Part shown: piece by piece, positions 30,023 to 39,676 of the stretch
Layout of the letters: each line of letters starts with the position of its first letter
How positions within the stretch are numbered: the stretch's first letter is position 1
Source of the DNA: Candidatus Zhuqueibacterota bacterium
Lineage (GTDB): Bacteria > Zhuqueibacterota > Zhuqueibacteria > Thermofontimicrobiales > Thermofontimicrobiaceae
Direction: 5' to 3'
DNA: 46,523 nt
Assembly (NCBI GenBank): GCA_049322915.1
Contig: JBMOPW010000039.1
Coordinates: forward strand, 1 to 46,523
The notes under the pieces: model-generated
What the model was told of the DNA's origin: nothing
Databases searched by the model: none
The model's input: the letters and a program-made list of their open reading frames with translations, nothing else
Made by a program: the position numbers and the translations under genes

Positions 30023-30931
30023 TTGAGAATCAAAAAAGGAATTTTGTTCTTGATACTTCTGGTGTCGGGAGTTACCCTGTATGGTCAGGAGCGCAGAATA
30101 AAACCTGGCGATGTCATCGAAATTATAGTCGCTGATAATGTCGCTTTGAGCCAGAGTGTGGTAGTTCGCTCCAATGGCACAGTGGAATATCCAACGCTCC
30201 AGGACCTTCCAGTTGATGGCATCACTTTGAACAGATTCCAGGAATTGCTGATCACGCAATTATCACGATTTTTGGAGACATCCCCGCTTGTCCTGGTTCG
30301 TTTTGGTGAGAGCTACCCGATACGAGTGACAGTTCTGGGCCAGGTTGTAATGCCCGGGTTGTACACGATAGCAAACACTGCCACTTTGCAGGGCGCGATC
30401 GGAGCCGCGGGAGGGTTAACTCCTGGAGCACAATTATCAAAGGTGAAACTAATCAGGGATAACAGCGGCAGCAAGGAAAATATCATCATCAACATGGAAA
30501 ATTTTTACAAGAATGGCGATCCATCCGCCTTGCCTTTGCTCAAAGAAGGGGATACAATTGTAATTCCTGGCAATCCACTGGCCACAAATGTCAAGGTGTT
30601 AGGATGTGTGGAAAATCCCGGCAGTTACGATGTGCTTTTTCAGACGACAATTCTGGATGTGATTTTCATGGCGGGCGGACCAACCGAAGATGCCAATTTG
30701 AAAAAGGTGAAAATTATTTCGCTCACCGGCCAGGATGCCCGGGATGTTAAAATAGATATTGATGAATTAATGCATTCAAAGACGTATATAAATATTCCAA
30801 TTGTTGTGCCGGGCGATGTGGTGTACATACCGAAGAAGAAGTTAAATTGGTCGGGTATTATGACTGTGATTCGGGATCTCACCGCTTTTGCGACCCTGTA
30901 TTATATCATCTATCGTTCGAGTGGTAGCTAA
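30023..30931 (+). CDS. wza: Polysaccharide export protein (Wza-like; Poly_export + SLBB domains)
   Basis: IKPGDVIEI, VRSNGTVEYP, two SLBB repeats (VLGQVVMPG...AGG, VLGCVENPG...AGG), and a C-terminal amphipathic helix. TTG start with RBS GAGG. Confidence 0.85.
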   Translation: MRIKKGILFLILLVSGVTLYGQERRIKPGDVIEIIVADNVALSQSVVVRSNGTVEYPTLQDLPVDGITLNRFQELLITQLSRFLETSPLVLVRFGESYPIRVTVLGQVVMPGLYTIANTATLQGAIGAAGGLTPGAQLSKVKLIRDNSGSKENIIINMENFYKNGDPSALPLLKEGDTIVIPGNPLATNVKVLGCVENPGSYDVLFQTTILDVIFMAGGPTEDANLKKVKIISLTGQDARDVKIDIDELMHSKTYINIPIVVPGDVVYIPKKKLNWSGIMTVIRDLTAFATLYYIIYRSSGS

Positions 30932-31069
30932 TTTGATTAACAAGTACCAATTTTTTGACAGGACTTGCAGATTCATTTCAGGGAGTCTTAGTTCTTATTA
31001 ATTCACCGATCTAAAATATATAAGTATTTTTGTATATGTAAGAGTTATTTAGGGACATCAAGAAATCCT

Positions 31070-33310
31070 ATGAAGAATACAATGAACCCAAATTTTCAAG
31101 TACCTGTTACCGATTTTGAATCACAGTTGCAACAGATGGTTCAACAGGAAAAATCTATTTTTTATGATTACTTTCGGATAATACGTAATCGAAAATGGAC
31201 AATATTAATTTGCTTGGTTATAGCACTTATTCCAACGATTATTTGGAATCAACTATCAACGCCTATTTATGAAGCTGAAGCGATGATCATTTATGAAGAA
31301 CCGAAAGAATCAATGTTTGCTTTAGATGTCGGTCAACCGTTTTATAATCGAAGCGCCATTATTAATTTAACTGAACAGATCAAAAGTAGAACTCTCGCCA
31401 CGGAAGTTGCATTGTCTATGCCCGATGATATTGTGAATACGTTTAACTTTCCAGATGATCCCCCCCCGGGATTCACAAAGCATAGATATATTGCCGCGAT
31501 ATTGAAAAAGAACCTGGTTGTTAAATCTGTTCGTGGTGGTGAGATTTTGACTTTGAGTATCAGAACCAACCATCCTGAAAGTGCGAAGATGGCTATTAAT
31601 GGTTATATCGAGCGATTGATTGACTGGAATTTGAAAAAGAAACGCGCAGAAGTGACAAGCGTAAAGGATTTTGTTGAAAATCAATTGAGTGTATTTGAAA
31701 ACAAGTTGAACAAGGCGGAAGTCGCTCTGCAAGCGTACAAAGAAAAGAATGCGATGATTTCGCTGAGTGAAAGCTCCACGCAGATTCTTAGCCGAATGAC
31801 AGAGGCAGAGATTGCCTACAACCAAGCCAAAGCTGAACGAGAGGCATTGGAACAGAGAAGAAATTATATCGAAAAAAAGAAATCTGAAATGGCGCCAACT
31901 TTATCGATGCCTCAAAGTACGCGTTCTAAGGATTTGAAAGAGGAATTGGCGGGACTTGAAGAACAATATTCCTCTTTTCAACTACAACAAACGGAAGCGG
32001 ATCAACATGAGCGACTGGCTTTGCGAGACAAAATTGACCTTACAAAGCAGCAGTTGATTGCAGAATTATCACGTAATGCACAGCGAGAGAACTTATTAGA
32101 TCCTTTATCTCAGGGTAGAAGTTTGCTACAGGAATCGATAACTCTTGATGTCGACCTGGAAACTTACAAAGCGCGAGAAAATGGTCTAAAAAAAATATTA
32201 GAAGAGTATGAATTACAGTTACAATCACTTCCGGGACAGGAACTGCAACTCGCGCATCTCATCAGGGAAAAAGAGGTAAACGATAAAGTCTATTCAATAC
32301 TTCTTGAAAAACGGGAGGAAGCGCGAATCACTGAGGCAGCCAAGGTAGGTGATATTCAGATAATCGATCCTGCTGAACGGCCCATTCGTCCCAAACGACC
32401 CGATAAAACAATGAATTTAGTTATAGGATTTTTATCGGGTTTAGGATTGGGATTTATACTAGCGTTTTTGTTGAATTCCCTTGATACGTCTATAAAATCC
32501 CAGGAGGATATTGAAAGGTATATTAATTTACCAATCTTGGCGGCCATTCCCAGAATAAGCCAGAATGGAGTTTTGGCGATCAACAAGACCAGGCATTCAA
32601 AACAATTTTATTCCAATAAGCTATTATCCAATTTTGAAAATATCCCACATTTCTATGAGGCGTACCGTACTCTTCAATTGAATTTAGCATTTGCCAGTAC
32701 AGATCACAAAATTTCATCTATTATTTTAACAAGCGCTGGAGCGGGTGAAGGGAAATCGCTGACTGCCATTAATATGGCCCAAATGTTTGCTAAAACCGGA
32801 ACGAAAACAATATTGGTGGATTGCGATTTAAGGCGACCGATGGTTCATAAGATACTCGATTTGAAACAGGAACCAGGTTTGACCAATCTTTTGATCAATA
32901 AATCGACCGAATGGGAAAGTGTCGTCCAGAGGCTGAGCAACAGTGATCTTTCAATTATCACCAGTGGAACTTTGCCTCCCAATCCATCGGAAATGCTTTC
33001 ATCGCAGAGTATGAAAGACCTTATTGAAAAACTGAAAAATCACTCTGAACTACTTATCCTGGATGCTCCGCCAATCATTGCCGTAAACGATTCAATGATT
33101 CTCAGTAAGAATATCGATGGCGTTTGTTTTGTAGTGAGGTCCGAAAAAGCAAAACGGGACGCTGTTCAGCGAGCGAAAAGCATCTTACAAACACAGGGCA
33201 TAAAAATTTTCGGCGTAATATTGAATGATGTCAACCTGAAAAGTCAGTACGGTTATTACAAAGATTACTATTATTATTCTCACGATAAAAAAAAGAAACG
33301 TAAAGCGTAG
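31070..33310 (+). CDS. wzc: Polysaccharide co-polymerase / BY-kinase (Wzc/GumC)
   Basis: Two TM segments around a coiled-coil periplasmic domain, Walker A TSAGAGEGKS, VDCDLRRP, LPPNPSE, LDAPP, and C-terminal Tyr cluster YGYYKDYYYY. Confidence 0.93.
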   Translation: MKNTMNPNFQVPVTDFESQLQQMVQQEKSIFYDYFRIIRNRKWTILICLVIALIPTIIWNQLSTPIYEAEAMIIYEEPKESMFALDVGQPFYNRSAIINLTEQIKSRTLATEVALSMPDDIVNTFNFPDDPPPGFTKHRYIAAILKKNLVVKSVRGGEILTLSIRTNHPESAKMAINGYIERLIDWNLKKKRAEVTSVKDFVENQLSVFENKLNKAEVALQAYKEKNAMISLSESSTQILSRMTEAEIAYNQAKAEREALEQRRNYIEKKKSEMAPTLSMPQSTRSKDLKEELAGLEEQYSSFQLQQTEADQHERLALRDKIDLTKQQLIAELSRNAQRENLLDPLSQGRSLLQESITLDVDLETYKARENGLKKILEEYELQLQSLPGQELQLAHLIREKEVNDKVYSILLEKREEARITEAAKVGDIQIIDPAERPIRPKRPDKTMNLVIGFLSGLGLGFILAFLLNSLDTSIKSQEDIERYINLPILAAIPRISQNGVLAINKTRHSKQFYSNKLLSNFENIPHFYEAYRTLQLNLAFASTDHKISSIILTSAGAGEGKSLTAINMAQMFAKTGTKTILVDCDLRRPMVHKILDLKQEPGLTNLLINKSTEWESVVQRLSNSDLSIITSGTLPPNPSEMLSSQSMKDLIEKLKNHSELLILDAPPIIAVNDSMILSKNIDGVCFVVRSEKAKRDAVQRAKSILQTQGIKIFGVILNDVNLKSQYGYYKDYYYYSHDKKKKRKA

Positions 33311-33835
33311 GTAGCCGGCTTTATTTTCAACACCAGAATTTTTCATTCGCGCTGAATAACTGGTTGCTGTGCTTCGCGATGGAGTTCGAAACGGATGAAG
33401 TATACCGAGAACTTTTGCTCAGTGAAGAAACTCAACTTGACTGACAATTAAACTTCTGAATTTGGCTTATTGAAGTATCCTTCCCGATTGCAAGGTAACT
33501 TATCATTCCGTTTTAAAAATGTTGTGCAAAGCCTATACGATGATTGTATTGTATGTAGCGATGACTAGAAATTTCAATATCGCAGTATGTACTTTTATGT
33601 ATTGTTCATTCGAAGTGGTTTCTTTTGATTTGCATTTCTACAGCTACAAAGCACTTTGTGAGATTAAATCCTGATTCCTGACCTTTTTCGGTTTACTTGC
33701 CCATGTGACTGACGTGGCGGAGCTATCTACTACCATGTCTTATTGAGTCAGTTCCTTTTTCTTTCTCTCTCTGAAACCATCGCTGAATGGTTAAGGTCTT
33801 GGAAATTTTATTCACCTCAGTTAATGGTTCCCACC

Positions 33836-35170
33836 ATGCAAAAATTCTATAAAAATATCAAAAGCGTATTTGAAAGCCGGGCATCACGACTGATGCGATC
33901 CATGAATGGATCAGTCAAGAATCTTTACTCAGTGGAATCTTTTAAAAAACTTTTATTTATTGAAAAACGAAGGGCAGAACGTTCTAATGCCAGCTCTTCT
34001 TTAATTCTATTGAACTTTCGAAGATATGCTGAGACCATTCATAAAAATGGAAATTTATTTTTAAAGGATACGGAGTATTTGGTAAAATTAATTTGCACGA
34101 ATATCCGTGAAACCGATGTTGTGTGTCTCTATGATTGTCTTACAGTTTTTATTTTACTTCCGGATACGCGAGTCGAAGGGGCAAAAATCGCATGCAAAAG
34201 AATTGTAGAGCAATTGATCTTCGCCCAGAATAACTATTATTATATCAATGAATTGAATTATAATACGCTTGACATCGAGGTAATTTCTTACCCAACCCAC
34301 GATCGATTGAAAGAAGGCGAGGCCGAGTACCCTGGAACCAGGCCGTCTATTCATAAGCAAAATGTTTTCAGTGGAAGAAATGGATCAGTGGCACTTTTCA
34401 ACGTATTGTTGATACATAATAGTGAAAAGAACCTTGAATTTCGTCAGAGTTCCGTGAATTATGAATCAATAGCACTTCCGGTGTTAAATATGTTTTTTTG
34501 GGAGAACCATTTCATTTCAGTGTTTCATTCGTTCACAAAGAAATTCGCCAAGCGCGGAATGGACTTTGTTGGAGCGATTTTCTTGATTCTATTATTGCTT
34601 CCCGCTTTTCTCATTATTGGATTTTTGGTGAAAGTGACGTCTAAAGGTTCAATAATTTATAAGCAGATCCGAATCGGTCATAAGGGGCGATATTTCAAAT
34701 TCTATAAATTCAGATCCATGTTCCAAAATTGTGATCATCGAGTTCATCAGGAATATGTTAAAAATTTAATTCGTGGCAATTCAGAAGAAATTAATAATGG
34801 TACCAAGGACGATCCTTTTTTCAAAATTAACAATGATCCCAGAATTACTTCTCTTGGCAGGATACTGAGAATGACGAGTCTTGATGAACTGCCGCAACTG
34901 TTCAATGTTTTAAAGGGCGAAATGAGTTTAGTTGGACCGCGGCCCCCCCTACCTTATGAAATTGAAAATTATAAACCCTGGCATTTTCGTCGGATTCTGG
35001 AAGTGAAGCCTGGTATTACCGGGTTGTGGCAAGTCAACGGTAGAAATAAAACTACGTTTGATGAAATGGTGCGCATGGACATCCACTATGCTGAGAAATG
35101 GTCATTATTTTTGGATTTAAAAATTTTACTAAAAACAATTAAGGTGTTATTTGTATTTGATGGCAAATAA
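33836..35170 (+). CDS. Priming sugar transferase (Bac_transf phosphoglycosyltransferase) with N-terminal degenerate GGDEF-like domain
   Basis: C-terminal KRGMDF, YKFRSM, DPRIT, SLDELPQL, MSLVGPRP, and KPGITGLWQV. The N-terminal region aligns to the GGDEF fold with an RETD I-site. Start uncertain; the ORF is open from 33743. Confidence 0.88.
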   Translation: MQKFYKNIKSVFESRASRLMRSMNGSVKNLYSVESFKKLLFIEKRRAERSNASSSLILLNFRRYAETIHKNGNLFLKDTEYLVKLICTNIRETDVVCLYDCLTVFILLPDTRVEGAKIACKRIVEQLIFAQNNYYYINELNYNTLDIEVISYPTHDRLKEGEAEYPGTRPSIHKQNVFSGRNGSVALFNVLLIHNSEKNLEFRQSSVNYESIALPVLNMFFWENHFISVFHSFTKKFAKRGMDFVGAIFLILLLLPAFLIIGFLVKVTSKGSIIYKQIRIGHKGRYFKFYKFRSMFQNCDHRVHQEYVKNLIRGNSEEINNGTKDDPFFKINNDPRITSLGRILRMTSLDELPQLFNVLKGEMSLVGPRPPLPYEIENYKPWHFRRILEVKPGITGLWQVNGRNKTTFDEMVRMDIHYAEKWSLFLDLKILLKTIKVLFVFDGK

Positions 35171-35223
35171 TAAAAATTTGATAAGCTCTTCTTACTTATA
35201 CCGCATGAATGAGGAGAAATGGA

Positions 35224-36252
35224 ATGAAGAAATTTAACGTTGCTGTGATCGGTTGCGGCTATTGGGGGCCAAATTTAATACGAAATTTCTATCAACTGTC
35301 AACGTGTAACATGGTCGCATGCTGTGACCTGTCCGAAAATAATTTGAAACGAATGAAAAATTTATATCCAGCTATCACGACGATCACGGATTATCAGGAT
35401 CTGATATCAAATCCTGATATTGATGCCGTGGCTATTGCAACGCCCGTATTTTCACATTGGGAACTGGCAAAGAAATGCTTGGAGGCGAATAAGCACGTTC
35501 TCATCGAAAAACCAATGGCATCAAATTCCGAGCAATGCATCGATTTAATTGAAACGGCAAAAAAATTCAGTCGAGTATTGATGGTCGGACACACTTTTGA
35601 ATACACTGCTGCTGTGAACAAGGCGAAGGAAATTGTGGATAGTGGTGAGCTGGGAGAAATTTATTACATCAGCAGCACGCGAGTCAACCTGGGTCTGTTT
35701 CAACCTGATATCAACGTGATCTGGGACCTGGCGCCGCATGATATTTCCATTATTTCCTATATGTTGAACGAAAGTCCAATCGGCGTTGGAGGTCAGGGGA
35801 AAGCCCACTTTAATAAAGAAATCGAAGATGTCGCTCAGATCACCTTAAATTACCCTAATGGAACAATCGCATTCATTCACAACAGTTGGCTCGATCCCGA
35901 CAAAATTCGAAAGACGACCATAGTTGGAAATAAAAAGATGCTTGTATACAATGATATCAGCCCCAATGAGAAAATAAAAATTTATGATAAAGGGGTCGAA
36001 GCCCCACCATATTATGATACCTACGCTGAATTCCACTTTTCATATCGCTACGGAGATATTTACACCCCGAGGATTGAAGAGTACGAGCCACTAAAACGCG
36101 AGTGCGAGCACTTTTTGGATTGTATTCGAGATTCAAAAACCCCCAAAAGCGACGGCTACTCTGGTTTAAGGGTTGTTTCTATTTTAGAAGCCGCAAATAA
36201 ATCCATGCGAAACGGCGGCGGTCAGCAGCCGATTGTTGCATATTACGCATGA
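35224..36252 (+). CDS. Gfo/Idh/MocA family oxidoreductase (WbpB/WlbA-like sugar dehydrogenase)
   Basis: VIGCGYWG Rossmann motif, HVLIEKP, and WDLAPHD. RBS GAGGAG precedes ATG 35224. Confidence 0.88.
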   Translation: MKKFNVAVIGCGYWGPNLIRNFYQLSTCNMVACCDLSENNLKRMKNLYPAITTITDYQDLISNPDIDAVAIATPVFSHWELAKKCLEANKHVLIEKPMASNSEQCIDLIETAKKFSRVLMVGHTFEYTAAVNKAKEIVDSGELGEIYYISSTRVNLGLFQPDINVIWDLAPHDISIISYMLNESPIGVGGQGKAHFNKEIEDVAQITLNYPNGTIAFIHNSWLDPDKIRKTTIVGNKKMLVYNDISPNEKIKIYDKGVEAPPYYDTYAEFHFSYRYGDIYTPRIEEYEPLKRECEHFLDCIRDSKTPKSDGYSGLRVVSILEAANKSMRNGGGQQPIVAYYA

Positions 36253-36346
36253 CGGGAACCGTTCCCACCTCGATAATTACCCAAAATAAAACAAGGTCTC
36301 ATTGTAAAGATGAGGTAATCAATACTATTTTTGAAAGGGATCTGAA

Positions 36347-36817
36347 TTGAGCCTGAGAAAGATCGCAGATGATGTAAAGCTTGGCAATAATGTGAAAATC
36401 TATGACTTTGTCAATCTTTATGGCTGTGAAATTGGAGACAATACAAAAATCGGCGCCTTTGTTGAAATTCAAAAAGGCGTGAAAATTGGTAATAACTGTA
36501 AGATTTCCAGCCACACATTTATTTGTGAAGGTGTGACCATCGAAGACAATGTGTTTATTGGGCACAATGTCACTTTTATAAATGATCTCTATCCTCGCGC
36601 GACCTCCGAAATGGGTGAACTCCAAACAGAAGCTGATTGGGTGTGCATTCCGACATTGATAAAAAAAGGAGCCTCCATTGGATCGAGTTCGACATTATTG
36701 TGTGGCATTACTGTTGGTGAAAATGCCATGGTTGGCGCAGGGAGTGTAGTGACAAAGGATGTCGCGGATGGGATCGTAGTGGTCGGGAATCCTGCGAGGG
36801 TAATAAAAACGAATTAA
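36347..36817 (+). CDS. Hexapeptide-repeat N-acetyltransferase (WbpD/WlbB-like)
   Basis: LbH repeats, FINDLYPRA, and VGAGSVVTKDV...VVGNPAR. TTG start. Confidence 0.88.
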   Translation: MSLRKIADDVKLGNNVKIYDFVNLYGCEIGDNTKIGAFVEIQKGVKIGNNCKISSHTFICEGVTIEDNVFIGHNVTFINDLYPRATSEMGELQTEADWVCIPTLIKKGASIGSSSTLLCGITVGENAMVGAGSVVTKDVADGIVVVGNPARVIKTN

Positions 36818-36842
36818 AGCGTTGTTAGCAATGAGAGAAAGG

Positions 36843-37114
36843 GAATCTTACAATAGAGAAATTTCAACTTACATTCAAGAAATTATATCTCGCAGTCATG
36901 AAATTGCATCGTTCAATAGAGAATTCCAATTTTACATTGAAGTAATGGAATCATACATTAACGAAATACAATTTTACATCTAAGAATTGCAATATGGGAA
37001 TAAGGAAATGGGAGTATACATTAAATAAATCCCGTCTTACATTGAAGCAATCTGATTTTATAAGAAGGAAATAAATATTAAATAGGAGAAATCCTATTCA
37101 ACATTTGATAAATT
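36843..37114 (+). repeat. Degenerate 21-bp tandem array (~13 units), possibly a decayed heptad-repeat ORF
   Basis: Consecutive 21-mers such as GAATCTTACAATAGAGAAATT, TCAACTTACATTCAAGAAATT, CAATTTTACATTGAAGTAATG, GAATCATACATTAACGAAATA and CCGTCTTACATTGAAGCAATC. Confidence 0.75.
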
Positions 37115-37215
37115 AAAAAGTTACTTATGATCTATTTTAATTCCGATGAACACAAAGTTAACTTAAATTTCAAAACTTATTGATGAATTTGAGTCGAAAA
37201 TAATCGCGCACCTGT

Positions 37216-38091
37216 ATGCCCCCAAAGTATGCAATAATAACACCGGCAAGAAATGAAGAGAAGTATATTGATTCAACCATAGCATCGGTTCTCTCCCAAA
37301 CTGCAAAGCCGGCAATCTGGGTCATAATCGATGATCACTCCACCGATAGAACTCGGGAAATCATTGATGCTGCACGAGATGAATTTCCATGGATACAATT
37401 ACTTGAAAATGATATTGAGGCGGAACGAGCGCCAGGAGCTAAGGTTGTTAGGTTATTTAATTTGGGCATTGATTCACTGAAGGATGAATATGATTTCCTC
37501 GTGAAGCTCGATGCAGATTTATCGTTTCGCCCTGATTATTTCGAAAGACTTTTTCTTGAATTTGAACGAGATCCCCATCTGGGAATCGCGGGAGGCTACT
37601 GCCAGAATCAAGATGGGCAGGCATTGAAAACTGAATGGACGCCTGAATATCACGTTCGCGGGGCAACGAAAGTGTATCGAAAAAAGTGTCTTTCGGATAT
37701 AGGAGGATTGATCCCGGTCATGGGCTGGGATGGTCTGGATGAAATGAAAGCGCAGATGTTAGGCTGGAATACAAAAAGTTTTAAAGATCTTCTCATTCTA
37801 CATCTACGGCACACCGGCCAAGCTACCGGCAAAATTCGATTCGCATGGCTCTGGGGAGTATCATCACATTATATGGGTTATGATCCAATATTTTTTTTAA
37901 TTCGATGCATGAGAAATATCAAACGACGTCCCTATCTGCTATTTAGTATGACCATGGTTTTTGGCTACCTTTACTCTTTGGTTGTTCGCAGCAAGCAAGT
38001 GGATGATAAAAATTTAATCCTATACATTAGAAAATTCCAAAGAAGGCGCCTTTTTTCTAACCTCAAATTTATCAATAGAAAAAATATCTGA
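37216..38091 (+). CDS. Glycosyltransferase family 2
   Basis: IITPARNEE, IDDHSTDRT, and KLDAD (DxD). Confidence 0.92.
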   Translation: MPPKYAIITPARNEEKYIDSTIASVLSQTAKPAIWVIIDDHSTDRTREIIDAARDEFPWIQLLENDIEAERAPGAKVVRLFNLGIDSLKDEYDFLVKLDADLSFRPDYFERLFLEFERDPHLGIAGGYCQNQDGQALKTEWTPEYHVRGATKVYRKKCLSDIGGLIPVMGWDGLDEMKAQMLGWNTKSFKDLLILHLRHTGQATGKIRFAWLWGVSSHYMGYDPIFFLIRCMRNIKRRPYLLFSMTMVFGYLYSLVVRSKQVDDKNLILYIRKFQRRRLFSNLKFINRKNI

Positions 38092-38338
38092 GAATTTGAT
38101 TAGGTGGCTACTTGTCTTAATGACTCAATAATTTGGGCTATTTGCTATTTGTTGGAAATAATCAAAAGCTCCTTCCTTTATAACATCTGTATTTCCTCCT
38201 CAGTTCTGTGATAATCATACCGTATCTATCTTCACAATTGATTTCATCATTTCATCATCGATTCTATGAATTAAGTGCTGGTTAAATAATAGTTACTTTT
38301 AGCTGAATCCCCCCATAAATTTTTAAGAACAAATAACT

Positions 38339-39649
38339 ATGGAGAAACTTGGCAAGAAGAACCCATTGAAAATTGCTATTCTAGGAGCATCACTTGCAAC
38401 AGAAAATATGGGAGTTTCTGCTTTAGCTGCTTCACTAATAAAAATAATCCTTGAAGTCAATCATGACGCAGAAATTTCTTTAGTCATGGGAAGCCGTTCA
38501 TCTGCTTCACACTGGTTTAATGTTAATGGCAAAACGGTTGAAGTGAAAATTATTAACCATCGGTTATCTCTGCACTCTGAAATTAGCAAACATTTGGTTT
38601 GGATTTTCATTTTAGCAATTCTTCAGGCACTGACTCCATTTCATTTCTGGCAAAAAAAAATAATCCACTCAAATCTTTGGCTTCAAACAATCTGGAATAG
38701 TGATTTTGTCGGGGATATACGTGGCGGAGATAGTTTTAGCGATATCTATGGATTAAAACGGTTCCTTAAAGGTGTCGTTCCCATTTTTATTTTATTGCTG
38801 TTAAAAAAAGATTTCGTTTTATTGCCTCAGACATACGGGCCTTATCAACGTGTCCTCTCAAAAAAAATAGCAAAGTTCATTTTAAGAAGGGCCAGTACTA
38901 TCTACGCAAGAGATAAATTTAGCGTGGAATTAATCAAACAGATCATTGATGACCCACAACTGCAATGCAAAATTCGCTTTTGCCCAGATGTGGCTTTTAA
39001 ACTTGATGCGATTCCTCCTGAAAAAATTGACTTGGCTCCTCCATTGGAACAAGATGCAAAGAGTACGCTTATCGGAATCAATGTGAATGGTCTTGTATAT
39101 CATGGCGGATACTCACGTGATAATATGTTTCATTTAAATTTCAATTATAAAATTTTTCTACAGCAATTGATAGAGGCATTTCTGGAAATTGAAAATTGTG
39201 AGATACTTCTAATTCCCCATGCCTTTGCAAAACCAGGTAACGTGAATAGTGATCCTGAGGCTTGCCAACAAATATTTGAGAATAATTTACAGGCACATGT
39301 GGGTAAAATTCATCTTGTTAATGGCAAGTATAATCAAAATGAAATCAAAGGTATCATTAAACTTTGTGATTTTTTCATTGGGACCAGAATGCACGCCTGT
39401 ATTGCTGCGATGTCCATGGGAATTCCAACTATAAGTGTCGCCTATAGCGGAAAATTCAAAGGAGTTTTTGAGTCTATAGGATTAGGGGAGTGGGTGGTCG
39501 ATGCACGGAAGGAAACACTTGCTTCATCACTGGATTTTGTTATGGATAAATTTATGCATAGAACGCAGCATTTAGATGACATAAGACAGAGAATTGACGA
39601 AGCTAAAAGTCTGACAATCACTGAATTCAGAGGAATGCTTTCGAATTAA
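38339..39649 (+). CDS. Polysaccharide pyruvyl transferase family protein (WcaK-like)
   Basis: NMGVSAL, GGDSFSDIYG, LPQTYGP, ARD, CPDVAF, and GTRMHACIAAMS. Confidence 0.88.
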   Translation: MEKLGKKNPLKIAILGASLATENMGVSALAASLIKIILEVNHDAEISLVMGSRSSASHWFNVNGKTVEVKIINHRLSLHSEISKHLVWIFILAILQALTPFHFWQKKIIHSNLWLQTIWNSDFVGDIRGGDSFSDIYGLKRFLKGVVPIFILLLLKKDFVLLPQTYGPYQRVLSKKIAKFILRRASTIYARDKFSVELIKQIIDDPQLQCKIRFCPDVAFKLDAIPPEKIDLAPPLEQDAKSTLIGINVNGLVYHGGYSRDNMFHLNFNYKIFLQQLIEAFLEIENCEILLIPHAFAKPGNVNSDPEACQQIFENNLQAHVGKIHLVNGKYNQNEIKGIIKLCDFFIGTRMHACIAAMSMGIPTISVAYSGKFKGVFESIGLGEWVVDARKETLASSLDFVMDKFMHRTQHLDDIRQRIDEAKSLTITEFRGMLSN

Positions 39650-39676
39650 CATCGCGTCGTTGGTGAGATTGTTACA

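Noticed and set aside
36843..37114. 21-bp array as a CRISPR array
   Set aside because: The units are degenerate and contiguous with no unique spacers, and no cas genes are present.
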